Part shown: positions 1 through 10,109 of the stretch, piece by piece | Layout of the letters: each line of letters begins with the position of its first letter | How positions within the stretch are numbered: position 1 is the first letter of the stretch | Notes under the pieces: model-generated | The model's database searches: none | What the model was told of the DNA's origin: nothing | What the model saw: the letters and a program-made list of their open reading frames with translations, nothing else | NCBI GenBank assembly: GCA_031411295.1 | Contig: JANOAV010000167.1 | Span: forward strand, 1 to 49,183 | DNA from: Verrucomicrobiales bacterium | GTDB taxonomy: Bacteria; Verrucomicrobiota; Verrucomicrobiia; Verrucomicrobiales; V1-33 | DNA length: 49,183 nucleotides | Direction of reading: 5' to 3' | Translations under genes and position numbers: made by a program

Positions 1-31
1 CGGATGGGGCAGAAGCCCGCGTTTCTTTTTA

Positions 32-132
32 CTGGGAGTGGCGTGACTCTGTCCGCCATCACCACAGGCCTAGAAAGGATCTCGTTATGCACTTGCCTGA
101 CGCAATGGCGGACAGAGTCACGCCATTCCTAG
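32..132. repeat. REPIN-like inverted repeat pair (copy 1)
   Basis: 32-59 CTGGGAGTGGCGTGACTCTGTCCGCCAT matches the reverse complement of 105-132 at 26 of 28 positions, with a 45 nt spacer. It is intergenic, and a related copy lies at 33828-33923. Confidence 0.85.
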
Positions 133-162
133 GGGGAACAAAACTACTACTTTTCCCACACT

Positions 163-3100
163 TCACTTAAAGTCCAGGAACGTGACATCATCACCCTGTG
201 CCTTAACGTGCGGGGCGCTGCGATCCACGCTGATGGTCAGCGTGTGCGGCCCAGCGGGGATGGATGTTTCGTAGCGACCATTCGTCAGGGCGATGGCTTT
301 GTTGTCCAGCCACGCGGCTTTGGCTCCGGTTAGGATGATCGGTTGTTTGGTGGCGGTGGACGCGGTGAACTTGGCCGTGGCGTAGGGTTGCTCGGGCATT
401 CCGGCTTGCGGTAATTGCCCATTGACCAAGGTTGGCGCCAGGGTGGGCTCTGCTTTGGTTTCTGGCGCATCGGGTGCGGTGGCGGAAAATTTCCAGATGC
501 GAGCGACGTTGGCTTTGCTGGCATCGAATGGTCCCGGGCGGCCGATTTGACTAAGGAAGGCGAAGAGGTTGCGTTTTGATTTCGCATCCAGCGCATCCGC
601 AAAGCCCATGGGCATGAGGCTGCCGATGTTTTCCTGCTTTACAATATTCGCTTTCAACACGGGCATCTCTGCGCCCGGGGCGGGACGGATGATGACTTCC
701 GTAGCGGTTTCGCGAGCAGGGATGCCGGTCATGACGCTGCCGTCCTTCATCGTGTAGGAGAATCCATGGTAGCCTTCCTTCACCTTGGCGGCGGGATTGA
801 GCGTGCTTTCGATGATGTAATCCAGCGGGGCGCTGGCTCCGATGCTGGAGAAGTCAGGGCCAAAGCTGCTGCCCACGCCACCGATGGCGTGACAGATGAA
901 GCAGCCGGTGCGTCGGTAAACCAGTTCGCCATCGGCGGGATCGGATTCCTTTTTCACGGCCTCGACCAAGCTCGCGATCTCCTTTGCGAAATCACGTGGA
1001 GCCGTGACGGCACCGGCTAGAGGCGAGAGCACTTCGACCAACTTCTTCCCACCACCGCCCATGCCCTTGGCAACTTCCAAGGCGACTCCATAGGCATCCG
1101 CCGGGAGGTCTTTGGGTAACTCTTTCGTGAACAACTCAGCGAAGGCCTTGTTCTGGAATAGCTCGCGCCACAGGGCCAGAGCCGATTTCCGATCCGAGAT
1201 TTGCACAAGGATGGACGACAGTATTTTCAGCGCTTCCTGCGGAGCATGGGCGGCAAATGGCAGCAAGGCGTCACGTCGAATCGTGATCGGTCGATCCGCT
1301 GCCACAAGCTTGCGGAGCGCATCGACGCTTTGGTGATGGCCAATTTTCTTCAGTGCATTCAGTGCGTCCCAGCGCAGTTCCGCATCTTTTTCATTGCCGG
1401 CAAACTCAGCGATCTGCGGCACTAGTGCCGTCTGCCCCCACTCGCCAGCGAGGCGGATGGCGGCAGAAAGCAACGCCTTGTCCGTCGAGGCTAGCAGAGG
1501 AGCGATACCAGCGAGATCGCCTTGAGGACGAACATTGCGACCCTTGGCGGCATCTGTCAGCGCGTTGGCGGCCCGCAGGCGGGCGACTGGCTTCAGTGAG
1601 CCTTCTTTGATAAACGTCGCGTAAAGTGACGTCAGTTCCGCTGCGCCACCGGACTTGCCGATCAACTCAATCCATGGTCCCGAGCCGTCTGCATCGATCG
1701 TGCGTCCCGCAAAGAGCCGCTGGATGTAGGGCGCAGTCACCAGCGGAGCTGCGATGCTTGTCAACGCATCGAGTTGTGCTTCTCGGCCCGTAAGCTTTTC
1801 CGGATGAGCCGCAATTTCCTCCAGCCACGGGCGCGCGAGTTCGTTGACCGATGTCCAGGCTGCGAAGTCGAGGAATTTGTCCGCGGCGTTTTTTGGTAGA
1901 TGCTTCAGCACCAGATCCGCACTTTCAAACGTGCGGATGCGAGCCAAGGCCCGGAAGGCTTCCAGCCTCACCCGGGGGTCGCGACCTTCTTCCACCCAGG
2001 GTGCCAGCGCGCTGAGATCCGTAATGCCTCGAGCGCCATAGGCCTTTCCCAACTCTCGCAAACCAACTTGCACGCTGGCGGGGTCGGTGGCGTTAGGATT
2101 CAGCATTGCGACGAGTTGTGCCGTTTCGCTGGTGCGGCCACTCAGCAACCACGCGGCATGACGACGAGTGAACTCATCCTTCACCCAAGTCGTTAGAGCC
2201 TTTTGCAAATCGGCCACCGGCACCTTCGCAAGTTCCCGCCGGGCTTGTTCGAATTCCCAGCGATTCGCTGAAAGCAATCGGCCCAGCAATTTATCTACCG
2301 GCTGTCCAGCCACGGGTTCCCACGCCAGTGGTTTGCTGTCCTTGGGGGTGATCCGCCAGATGCGACCGCGTTGTTTATCACGACGCGGGTCTCGGAAATC
2401 CACTTCCCCGTGATTGATGATCGGGTTTGTCCAATCGGCCACATACAGCGCGCCATCCGGCCCCATGGCCAAGGCGATGGGACGAAATGCCGCATCGCTC
2501 GTGCGGGTCACGTCCGCTTGCGTTTGCGTGATGTAACCGGATTTCCGCTCGTCGGGATTCGCAGCAGCAGTGTAGTCATTGAAACTGAAACGAACAATGC
2601 GGTGTGCCCTGAAATCATTGGTAATCGCATTGCCCTGCCACTCGGGGCCAAAGAGCGGACTGTTGATAATTTCCAGTCCGCAGAACTTCGGATAGGATCC
2701 GGGACTGATGCTTTCGATGGTGCGTCGGGCACCTTCTGATGGCGGCAACACCGCGCCCGGGAACGCCCAACTGATGCCGTTGCCATCGGCTCCGGAAGTA
2801 AGAAACGTTTGCCCCTTGGCATCTTCCTGTTGCCCCCAGCAATTGACCAGCCCCTTGGAATGAACCTCCAGCCGTTCCGTGTTAGGATCATAAGCAAACG
2901 CCGTGCCAGAGTTAGCCCGCACCAAGCCCCGCGGGGTTTCAATGTGGGAGTGAATGTAAATTGTCTGCTGGAAATAGAGTCGTCCATCCACGCCCCAATG
3001 CAGTCCGTGAATGATATGGTGGGTGTCCTCGGTGCCGAAACCGCTGAGCACAATGCGGCGTTCGGACATCAAGCCATCGGCGCCTGGTTTGCTCAGATGC

Positions 3101-4491
3101 AGCAACTCTGTGCTCGCTCCGACAAAGCATCCACCATTGTTGTCTGGCGCCACGCCCGCTGGGATCAGCAGCTTGTCGGCAATGATTCGGGAAACATCCG
3201 CCACGCCATCGCGATTTTTGTCTTCGAGCAAAATGATGCGGTCATTGCCGGTCGATGGTCCAAACTTGGCCGAGTTCCCTTCCATCTGTGCGCCTAGGTC
3301 ATCGGGGTTCACCTGCGGATAGGTATTGGAAGTCGCGACCCACAAACGGCCTGCCGTATCCCAGTTCATGCCGACCGGTTTTTCCAACAGGGGATTCTCC
3401 GCAAAGGTCGTCATTTCCAGACCGGCATCCATGGTAAAATCAGGTCGTGGCAGCGGTGGCAGCACGGGCAATTTGGTTTCGCTCGGTGGCTCTGGCGGCA
3501 GGGTGCTGGGTTTGCCCGCAGCAATCCCAATCACGTTCGCTTCTGCCTTGTCCACCAACGGATCGAACTTCGGTATCTCCACCGCGTTACGGCCTTGCTC
3601 GCCTTTGCGGAAACCGAAAATATAAGTGTAGTTGGCGGGCCGACTGCGATGGAAAAACAACGCGTTCTTCCGCAGAATAGCCTCACGCAGCGTCTTCTGA
3701 GTTGGCGATTCCGCGTCCCAGGCCGTGTCCGTTTTCCACCCTAACTGCGCAGCAAAGCTCTGGCTCATCGCCTGCAATCCGCGTGGTGTTAGGTGAATTC
3801 CGTTTTCTGTGGCCTGAGCCAAATTAATCTTCGCGGACTGCGTCCATTCCCCACGAACGAAGGGCGACTGCTGTTCTGCCGCCAAGGTTTCCATGACCTT
3901 TTCATATTCAGCGATCAGCGCGTTGTGCTCCGCCGGATCTGGTAAACCAGGACGAGTGCTGCGCAAATCCTCATGCCGAATCGGCCCCACAAACACGAAG
4001 CGAACTTTTCCTTCCGGGCTCGCCTTTTTAATCAACTCGATCAGTGCCAGCAAATCCTTGCGGAACTTCTCCGGGCTATGATCCAAGCCATAGCGGGCCG
4101 GGTCAGGATTCAAGACCGGATCATTTTTCCGATACGTCAGGTCATCCAAACTGGCCGCCATGCCATACCCTAACACGGCCACCGTGGGCTTCACTACCGC
4201 CAGTTGTTCCTTCAGGCTTTCCGTGCCGCGGTCCACCGGATCAAAGCTCGCCCGTGAAGCCCCCAGCGGACTGTCCCCGCTGTAGCCGAGATTCCGCACC
4301 GCAAAACTCCGTCCCGGAAACTCCTGCCGCATTTTCGACTCTAGATAACCATAGTTGTTCTCCCGCTCGATGAAGGCATCCCCGATCAACAACACCCGGT
4401 CGCCCTCTTGGATTTCCAATTTCCGTTCCGCCGCCCAAACCGGGCCGCAAGCCAATGCCCACAGGGCTGTTAGTTGAATGAATTTACGCAT
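163..4491 (-). CDS. PVC-type heme-binding CxxCH protein: SGNH/GDSL-like N-terminal domain, beta-propeller dehydrogenase-like domain, HEAT-like repeats, cytochrome c domain
   Basis: Signal peptide MRKFIQLTALWALACGPVWA (ATG 4491 preferred over 4533). Motifs: IGDAFIER...RNLGYSGD, propeller motifs FAENPLLEKPVGMNWD and GPDGALYVADW, helical repeats, and GCFICH followed by GPDFS. Confidence 0.85.
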   Translation of the reverse strand: MRKFIQLTALWALACGPVWAAERKLEIQEGDRVLLIGDAFIERENNYGYLESKMRQEFPGRSFAVRNLGYSGDSPLGASRASFDPVDRGTESLKEQLAVVKPTVAVLGYGMAASLDDLTYRKNDPVLNPDPARYGLDHSPEKFRKDLLALIELIKKASPEGKVRFVFVGPIRHEDLRSTRPGLPDPAEHNALIAEYEKVMETLAAEQQSPFVRGEWTQSAKINLAQATENGIHLTPRGLQAMSQSFAAQLGWKTDTAWDAESPTQKTLREAILRKNALFFHRSRPANYTYIFGFRKGEQGRNAVEIPKFDPLVDKAEANVIGIAAGKPSTLPPEPPSETKLPVLPPLPRPDFTMDAGLEMTTFAENPLLEKPVGMNWDTAGRLWVATSNTYPQVNPDDLGAQMEGNSAKFGPSTGNDRIILLEDKNRDGVADVSRIIADKLLIPAGVAPDNNGGCFVGASTELLHLSKPGADGLMSERRIVLSGFGTEDTHHIIHGLHWGVDGRLYFQQTIYIHSHIETPRGLVRANSGTAFAYDPNTERLEVHSKGLVNCWGQQEDAKGQTFLTSGADGNGISWAFPGAVLPPSEGARRTIESISPGSYPKFCGLEIINSPLFGPEWQGNAITNDFRAHRIVRFSFNDYTAAANPDERKSGYITQTQADVTRTSDAAFRPIALAMGPDGALYVADWTNPIINHGEVDFRDPRRDKQRGRIWRITPKDSKPLAWEPVAGQPVDKLLGRLLSANRWEFEQARRELAKVPVADLQKALTTWVKDEFTRRHAAWLLSGRTSETAQLVAMLNPNATDPASVQVGLRELGKAYGARGITDLSALAPWVEEGRDPRVRLEAFRALARIRTFESADLVLKHLPKNAADKFLDFAAWTSVNELARPWLEEIAAHPEKLTGREAQLDALTSIAAPLVTAPYIQRLFAGRTIDADGSGPWIELIGKSGGAAELTSLYATFIKEGSLKPVARLRAANALTDAAKGRNVRPQGDLAGIAPLLASTDKALLSAAIRLAGEWGQTALVPQIAEFAGNEKDAELRWDALNALKKIGHHQSVDALRKLVAADRPITIRRDALLPFAAHAPQEALKILSSILVQISDRKSALALWRELFQNKAFAELFTKELPKDLPADAYGVALEVAKGMGGGGKKLVEVLSPLAGAVTAPRDFAKEIASLVEAVKKESDPADGELVYRRTGCFICHAIGGVGSSFGPDFSSIGASAPLDYIIESTLNPAAKVKEGYHGFSYTMKDGSVMTGIPARETATEVIIRPAPGAEMPVLKANIVKQENIGSLMPMGFADALDAKSKRNLFAFLSQIGRPGPFDASKANVARIWKFSATAPDAPETKAEPTLAPTLVNGQLPQAGMPEQPYATAKFTASTATKQPIILTGAKAAWLDNKAIALTNGRYETSIPAGPHTLTISVDRSAPHVKAQGDDVTFLDFK

Positions 4492-4739
4492 GATGATGAA
4501 TGAGGATGATAAAATGAAAATGGAAAGTGCCAATCCGGACGGAGTGGACCGAAAGGGTTCGTCCGAAGCCGCCCAATTGAGTGCAATAACTCAAGAGATA
4601 CGAACGCTTTTCACCAGAAAACTCCGCAAAAACGCGTCTGACAATTTCTCACATCCAGTGCTTGCTGGGTGACGTTGGCGCTCGGGTTAAGCCGAGCCCA
4701 GGTGATTCGAGCAGGGATCGCAGCAAAACCCAAGATTAA

Positions 4740-6236
4740 TCACGCCAGTAACCCCTCGATCACCTTTCCATGCACATCCGTTAGGCGGCGGTCGATGCCG
4801 TTGGTGCGGAAGGTTAGCTTCGTGTGATCGATGCCCAGCAGGTGAAGGATGGTGGCGTGGATGTCGTAAACGGTGGTGGGGTTGCCCCGGTCCAGCGGTT
4901 TGTAACCCCATTGGTCGCTTTCGCCTGCGACCATGCCGCCCTTGATCCCCCCGCCGCAGAGCCAATTAGTGAAGACAAAGGGATTGTGGTCACGGCCTTT
5001 GCCGCCTTGGGAGCTGGGCATGCGGCCGAACTCGGTGGTCCAGAGGATGATCGTATCGTCCAACATGCCGCGTTGTTTTAGGTCTGCGATTAACGATGCG
5101 GTTCCGCGCGCCATTCCGTTGGAGAGCGGACCGTGATCGCGATGGATGTCCTCATGCGAGTCCCAGTTGCGACGCGGGAAAGAGTTATCATTTCCGCTCC
5201 AGATCTGCACGAAACGCACGCCGCGTTCCAAGAGGCGACGGGCGGTTAGGCACTTCTGCGAGAAATGATAGGCTTCTTCGTCGGCGTTGATTTCCGTGGG
5301 CCAAGTTTTCGGTCCACCATCGAGCCCATAGAGCTTCAGGACGTGCGCAGGCTCGGACTTGAGATTGAGAGCATCGGGTGCCGCTAGCTGCATTCTCGCG
5401 GCTAGCTCGTAGCTTTTGATGCGAGCTTCCAGGCGCTGATCACCTTCACGGGTGGCAGCGTGCTCGTGATTCAGGCTGGCGAGCAGCGCTTGGGCATCGC
5501 GTTCGCTTTCGGCATTGATGTAGTTTCCCACAGGATGTGGCTGAAGATCGGCAATGGGATTCGGTTTCCCTGGATAAATGATGCTACCACTGTGTTGCGA
5601 AGGCAGAAAAGCCGAATCCCAATTCTTCACGCCATTGCTGCCAAATCCTCGATGATCCGGCAGGACGACAAACGTGGGCAGATTCTCGTTCATGGAACCC
5701 AACGCATAACTCACCCAACAGCCAGCTCCAGGAAAGCCCGGCAGCACGAATCCCGTGGATTGCAGCAAGGTGGCCTGCGAATGAACGCCACTTTTGCTGA
5801 CCATGTTATGCACAAAAGCCATGTTGTCCACATGCGCGCCCAGCGGGGCTACCGTTTCCCCCAGCATCTTGCCGGATTGCCCATACTGCCTAAACTCCCA
5901 CACTGGTTTCATCCAAGGCCCCAGGCCGTCTTGAAATGTTTCCACCTTCTCTCCAAAGTCGCTGGCCTTCCCATCATATTTCACCAACTCCGGTTTGTAA
6001 TCCCAGAGGTCCAAATGACTGGCCGCGCCTGACATGAAGAGTTGAATGACACGCTTGGCTTTGGCCGGATGGGTGACGGACGGATGAATGATGGAAGACG
6101 CTCCCTGCGCTTCATTTCCCAACAACGCCGCGAGCGCCATGGTGCCAAAGCCACCACCGCTCTGCCGCAGGAAATCACGCCGCGACCCGCCGCTGCGCTG
6201 CGCCTCAAGGCGGTGGAATGGAGTGCTGTTATTCAT
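4740..6236 (-). CDS. DUF1501 family protein (Tat-exported)
   Basis: Tat motif SRRDFL, plus KAKRVIQLFMSGAASHLDLWDYKP, ARRLLERGVRFVQ, EFGRMP, GRDHNP and DIHATILHLLGIDH. Confidence 0.9.
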   Translation of the reverse strand: MNNSTPFHRLEAQRSGGSRRDFLRQSGGGFGTMALAALLGNEAQGASSIIHPSVTHPAKAKRVIQLFMSGAASHLDLWDYKPELVKYDGKASDFGEKVETFQDGLGPWMKPVWEFRQYGQSGKMLGETVAPLGAHVDNMAFVHNMVSKSGVHSQATLLQSTGFVLPGFPGAGCWVSYALGSMNENLPTFVVLPDHRGFGSNGVKNWDSAFLPSQHSGSIIYPGKPNPIADLQPHPVGNYINAESERDAQALLASLNHEHAATREGDQRLEARIKSYELAARMQLAAPDALNLKSEPAHVLKLYGLDGGPKTWPTEINADEEAYHFSQKCLTARRLLERGVRFVQIWSGNDNSFPRRNWDSHEDIHRDHGPLSNGMARGTASLIADLKQRGMLDDTIILWTTEFGRMPSSQGGKGRDHNPFVFTNWLCGGGIKGGMVAGESDQWGYKPLDRGNPTTVYDIHATILHLLGIDHTKLTFRTNGIDRRLTDVHGKVIEGLLA

Positions 6237-6451
6237 ATTACGACACTTACATGAAATGAGGTTTCAAAACAACTCCCATCATCGTGTGGGCGTCAATGGG
6301 TGCAAAACAGGAACTGTAGAGAATTACGATTGAGGAGAATCTGCCTTCGCAGTCCCCGCCATGGGACACCGCAGGACCTCGCCAAGCCTGCCACCTGCGC
6401 AGCAACGAGAGACTGGTTGCCTGAGGCCATAAGTCACTACAATTTGCACCC

Positions 6452-6790
6452 ATGAATCCATCAAAGAAAACGCACCTCCTAAAATCACGCTGGTTCCGCT
6501 GCTTGGCTCTGGAATTACCTTTGTGCACCTTTGGGTTACTGATGGTCCTCATGTGGTGGCCGGGGTTACGGTTGCATTGGGACTTCGGGCTGGTGCAGGT
6601 GTGGCGAAGTCCTGCCACCACATCCCGTGGTCAGGATAGTTTCTGTTTGAGGGCTGGGAATTTTCAGCTTCATAAAGGCGAGGAAGTGTGTCAGATTTAT
6701 TTCATTCCTCAAGGCTGGGCATTACAGAATGGATTGCTTTCACATGGAGACGGGATAAATGAATTTTATATTGGATATCGTCGGGGTTAA
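6452..6790 (+). CDS. small hypothetical membrane protein
   Basis: 112 aa ATG ORF filling an intergenic gap, with a basic N-terminus and one hydrophobic segment. No family recognised. Confidence 0.45.
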   Translation: MNPSKKTHLLKSRWFRCLALELPLCTFGLLMVLMWWPGLRLHWDFGLVQVWRSPATTSRGQDSFCLRAGNFQLHKGEEVCQIYFIPQGWALQNGLLSHGDGINEFYIGYRRG

Positions 6791-6826
6791 ATCGGCACGT
6801 TCTGGGGTCTGCGTGCCCCCGCCACG

Positions 6827-9244
6827 TTAGTTCACCGTGAATCCATTCGTCAGCGACCACGTATTCGGGCCGAACACGACGTTCACGGTGTAAGACCCCA
6901 AGGTAGCTCCGGCGGGCAGCGTAAAACCCAATGTAACTACTCCTGTAGTCGTATTCCGAGTAAAGGTGGTCGCATTGATGGTTGTAGCACCAGCACGCGT
7001 GAGCGAGGCTCCGGTGGGAGCCACGGTGGTTGGAGGTGGGGGCACGGTGTAACCATTGTTCAGGACCACCGTGAGCGTGACGGCGGTGCCCCGCGTGCCG
7101 GTGTTTGGGGTGACACTGGTGATGCCCTCCGCCGCCACACTGGTAGTGGTGAACGTTTGATCCAAGCCATAACTGGTGCCGCCCGTGTTGGTTGATTTTA
7201 CGCGGAAATGATAGGTTGTTCCCACCACGAGATTGGTGAGGGCCAGCAAAATACTGGTATCAGCGTTGCCGGTTACATTCACCGGAGTGGACGATCCCAC
7301 GGTGCCATAGGCTGTGGTGATGCCGTATTCGAAGGAGCAATTTGACGTCGCTCCGTTGGCATTCACCACTGCATTGAGCGTGGCCGTGGTGCTAGTGATG
7401 AGCGTGGCTGCGCTGGTGGTTGCCGTGGGCGGTAGTTGGGTGCCGAGGGCCAGGGTGGTAAATACCAGATCATTGCCATAAGTTGTGCCCAGGGTATTGA
7501 CGGCTTTCACTCTGAAATGATAGGTGCTGCTGGCCACCAGGCCCGTCAGGGCTGCGCTCACGCTGGTGGCGGCGTTGGTGCTGAGGGGAGATTGCGCTGC
7601 CGAAACGGAGTTGCCGTAAGCAGTGGTTAGGCCATAATCGAAACTCACCGTCGTGTTGCTGCCATAGGCAATCACTGTGCCATTCACCGTGGCGGTGGTG
7701 ACGGCCACACTACCGGCCGCAACCGTGGTGGCGGCCGGAGCCGAGTAGGTCACGGCGCTACCACCATCATATGCGGCTAGACTGGCGCGGGCGATTTTAT
7801 AGAACCGACGCGTGGCTGCGGTATTTTCCAGAATCTCAGTCGTGCTGGAGTTGGCAGTCGCAGCCTTGGCAGCGGCCAGGGTGGTCCAGCTTGTTAGATC
7901 ATTGCTCGCGTCCACTTTGTAGGTTCCACCTTCCACGCTGCTCCAGGTCAACGTAATGTCGCCTGTGGCTTGATTCATAGATTTGATGCTCGGCACTTCG
8001 GTCAGATTAGGACCGCCCTTAAAGACATTGGTTACGGTCTCACCGACTGTCGTCAACGAGCCTCCAGTAGGCGTTCCGTAGAACCAACGATTGATCATAT
8101 AAGGAAACTGCGGAGCACCCGCACTCGTGATATTTAAAAAATACGCCCAAGTTCCATTCGGAAATTCCGGCGTGACGCAATACCGAACGTTGTATTCATT
8201 AAGATCAAAATCTGTCCCTAGCGCATACTTCGTGGAGCCTGATTTGATCAAGTCGCCCAGATAGGCATTGTCCTCAATGTAGCGGCTGGAAGGATAAGTC
8301 GTGCTTACGGCAGGCCCCGCAACTTGCGTGGCCCCATTGCGCAGCGCCCACGCTGGGACCGTGCGTCCGGCAGTGGCAATATTATCAACTCCAGTGGTCG
8401 TGCCATCGCGCTTCACAAACCCACCAACCATCCGCCGCACGCCGCTACTCGCATCCAAGGCGTTGCTGTATGCATAAGGTCCGTAGAGCGGCAATCCATC
8501 CAACATCCAGCCTAGAATAGGCGAGTGCTTGGCGGGCGAAGCGGGATTCCCTTCTGCGTAAATTTTAGTCGTGTTGTTGAAGGTTACATTGTCGCCTAGC
8601 AAATACCTCAACGCATACGGATTGGCATGATTGTGATATTTCCCCGTGTTCTGTTGATGCGAGAAACCCTTATCAAACGTGATCGCCTCGTTGATGAGCG
8701 CATCCCGATGCCACTGACCGGTGCCGGGCGAGGTCTCGGTTCCACTGGCATAGGAAAATCCATCCATGGGATCGAACAGCGCCACCCCATCGATAAAGAA
8801 CCCTACCGCATCCTGCATCACGCCTCCCACATTGAGTCCCGCTGTGCCCGTCTTGGTCGTGGGAATGGTTCCCAGCGTGCTCGTTCGAGGAAATCGGACC
8901 GTTAAATTTTGGTTTTTGGGGATGTTCACAAACAACGCCGACTTGGCCGCATTGTCATACCAAGGCCCCATCATGTATGGCCCCAGATCCGGTGTCTTTA
9001 AATACACCCAGTTGGCACTGGAATCGATCTGCTGTGGTCCGGCATACGCCGGGGTGGCCTGCGTGGTGGTGTTCGGTCCGCTCGTCCGGGTCCAGGTGGT
9101 CTTGCCAACCCCCGCCAGCAGTTCTGCGTCCGTCTCCACGAGCCGGGCATATTTACTGGACCCGGTGGTGAACCAGGAAGTGAGTTGGGGATCAGCGTGA
9201 ACCAAGGTAGAACTCAACAAGAGGAGAAGGAGGGTGATTTTCAT
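6827..9244 (-). CDS. secreted YHYH-domain protein with two FN3-like repeats and a C-terminal Ig/IPT-like domain
   Basis: Signal peptide, then GKYHNH, HSPILGWMLDGLPLYGPY and DLNEYNVRYCVTPEFPNGTWAYF. Two repeats of the form YG.TTAYG...LT.L....TYHFRVK. Confidence 0.85.
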   Translation of the reverse strand: MKITLLLLLLSSTLVHADPQLTSWFTTGSSKYARLVETDAELLAGVGKTTWTRTSGPNTTTQATPAYAGPQQIDSSANWVYLKTPDLGPYMMGPWYDNAAKSALFVNIPKNQNLTVRFPRTSTLGTIPTTKTGTAGLNVGGVMQDAVGFFIDGVALFDPMDGFSYASGTETSPGTGQWHRDALINEAITFDKGFSHQQNTGKYHNHANPYALRYLLGDNVTFNNTTKIYAEGNPASPAKHSPILGWMLDGLPLYGPYAYSNALDASSGVRRMVGGFVKRDGTTTGVDNIATAGRTVPAWALRNGATQVAGPAVSTTYPSSRYIEDNAYLGDLIKSGSTKYALGTDFDLNEYNVRYCVTPEFPNGTWAYFLNITSAGAPQFPYMINRWFYGTPTGGSLTTVGETVTNVFKGGPNLTEVPSIKSMNQATGDITLTWSSVEGGTYKVDASNDLTSWTTLAAAKAATANSSTTEILENTAATRRFYKIARASLAAYDGGSAVTYSAPAATTVAAGSVAVTTATVNGTVIAYGSNTTVSFDYGLTTAYGNSVSAAQSPLSTNAATSVSAALTGLVASSTYHFRVKAVNTLGTTYGNDLVFTTLALGTQLPPTATTSAATLITSTTATLNAVVNANGATSNCSFEYGITTAYGTVGSSTPVNVTGNADTSILLALTNLVVGTTYHFRVKSTNTGGTSYGLDQTFTTTSVAAEGITSVTPNTGTRGTAVTLTVVLNNGYTVPPPPTTVAPTGASLTRAGATTINATTFTRNTTTGVVTLGFTLPAGATLGSYTVNVVFGPNTWSLTNGFTVN

Positions 9245-9374
9245 AGAGATTGGGATGGTGAATTACCCCTATGGAACCACACTCACGTAAACCCCGTGTG
9301 TTCTCACCACCGGAGATTTGTCAACGCTGTGTAAATTCTGTTTGTCCCAAGTTCTGACGTGTTACATTGCGTCC

Positions 9375-10109
9375 TTGAACTCTGCCAGTCCAGCCTTGCC
9401 GCGCATCCTCATGATCGACGACGATCATGAGTTGACCGAACTTATCCGCGATTACCTTCAGCCGATGGGCTATGAAGTGCGGACTGCGCACACCGGGACC
9501 GCAGGTCTGGAAATGGCCACCAGTGAGGAATGGCACGCGATCATTCTAGACGTGATGTTGCCAGGCCTGGACGGCTTCGAGGTGCTAAAAGGCATCCGCA
9601 AAGTCAGCAATGCCCCCGTGCTGATGCTCACGGGACGTAGTGATGAAACGGATCGCATCGTCGGTCTCGAAGTGGGTGCCGACGATTATTTACCGAAAAC
9701 CTTCTCCATGCGCGAACTGTTGGCTCGCCTCCGGGCCGTCACCCGTCGGGCCGCCAATGCCGCTCCTGTGCTGGATGCAGCCATTGCGGAAATGGTCATC
9801 GGGCCGCTGCGCATCAAGCCGGAAGCTCGATTGGTGCTGCTGGAGGACAAGCCCGTGAACCTGCGCCCCATTGAATTCGATCTGCTGCTAGCGCTGGCCA
9901 AAGGTAAGGGCCGCGTCCGTTCGCGCGACTGGTTACTGGAACATGTGAGGGATCGTGAATACGAAATTTTCGACCGCAGCATCGACATGCACGTCTCTGC
10001 GCTGCGGAAGAAACTGGGTGATGATTTGAAGGACCCCCGCTTCATCCGCACCTATCGCAATGCTGGCTACATGCTCATCGACCCCAACCAGGAACCTCCC
10101 CGCGCATGA
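9375..10109 (+). CDS. OmpR/CpxR-family response regulator
   Basis: RILMIDDD, LDVMLPGLDG, GLEVGADDYLPK, and winged-helix motif FDRSIDMHVSALRKKLGDD. The start is uncertain (TTG 9375 chosen). Confidence 0.93.
   Translation: MNSASPALPRILMIDDDHELTELIRDYLQPMGYEVRTAHTGTAGLEMATSEEWHAIILDVMLPGLDGFEVLKGIRKVSNAPVLMLTGRSDETDRIVGLEVGADDYLPKTFSMRELLARLRAVTRRAANAAPVLDAAIAEMVIGPLRIKPEARLVLLEDKPVNLRPIEFDLLLALAKGKGRVRSRDWLLEHVRDREYEIFDRSIDMHVSALRKKLGDDLKDPRFIRTYRNAGYMLIDPNQEPPRA

Noticed and set aside
7..30. Intrinsic terminator GGGC-AGAA-GCCC followed by a T-rich tract
   Set aside because: The stem is only 4 bp and the upstream context lies outside the window.
4490..4523. ATGA-rich repeat upstream of the first gene
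   Set aside because: The spacing is irregular with no consistent period.
9280..9375. CpxR box (GTAAA-N5-GTAAA)
   Set aside because: Only single GTAAA half-sites and a GTCAA-N6-GTAAA were found, so the spacing does not fit.
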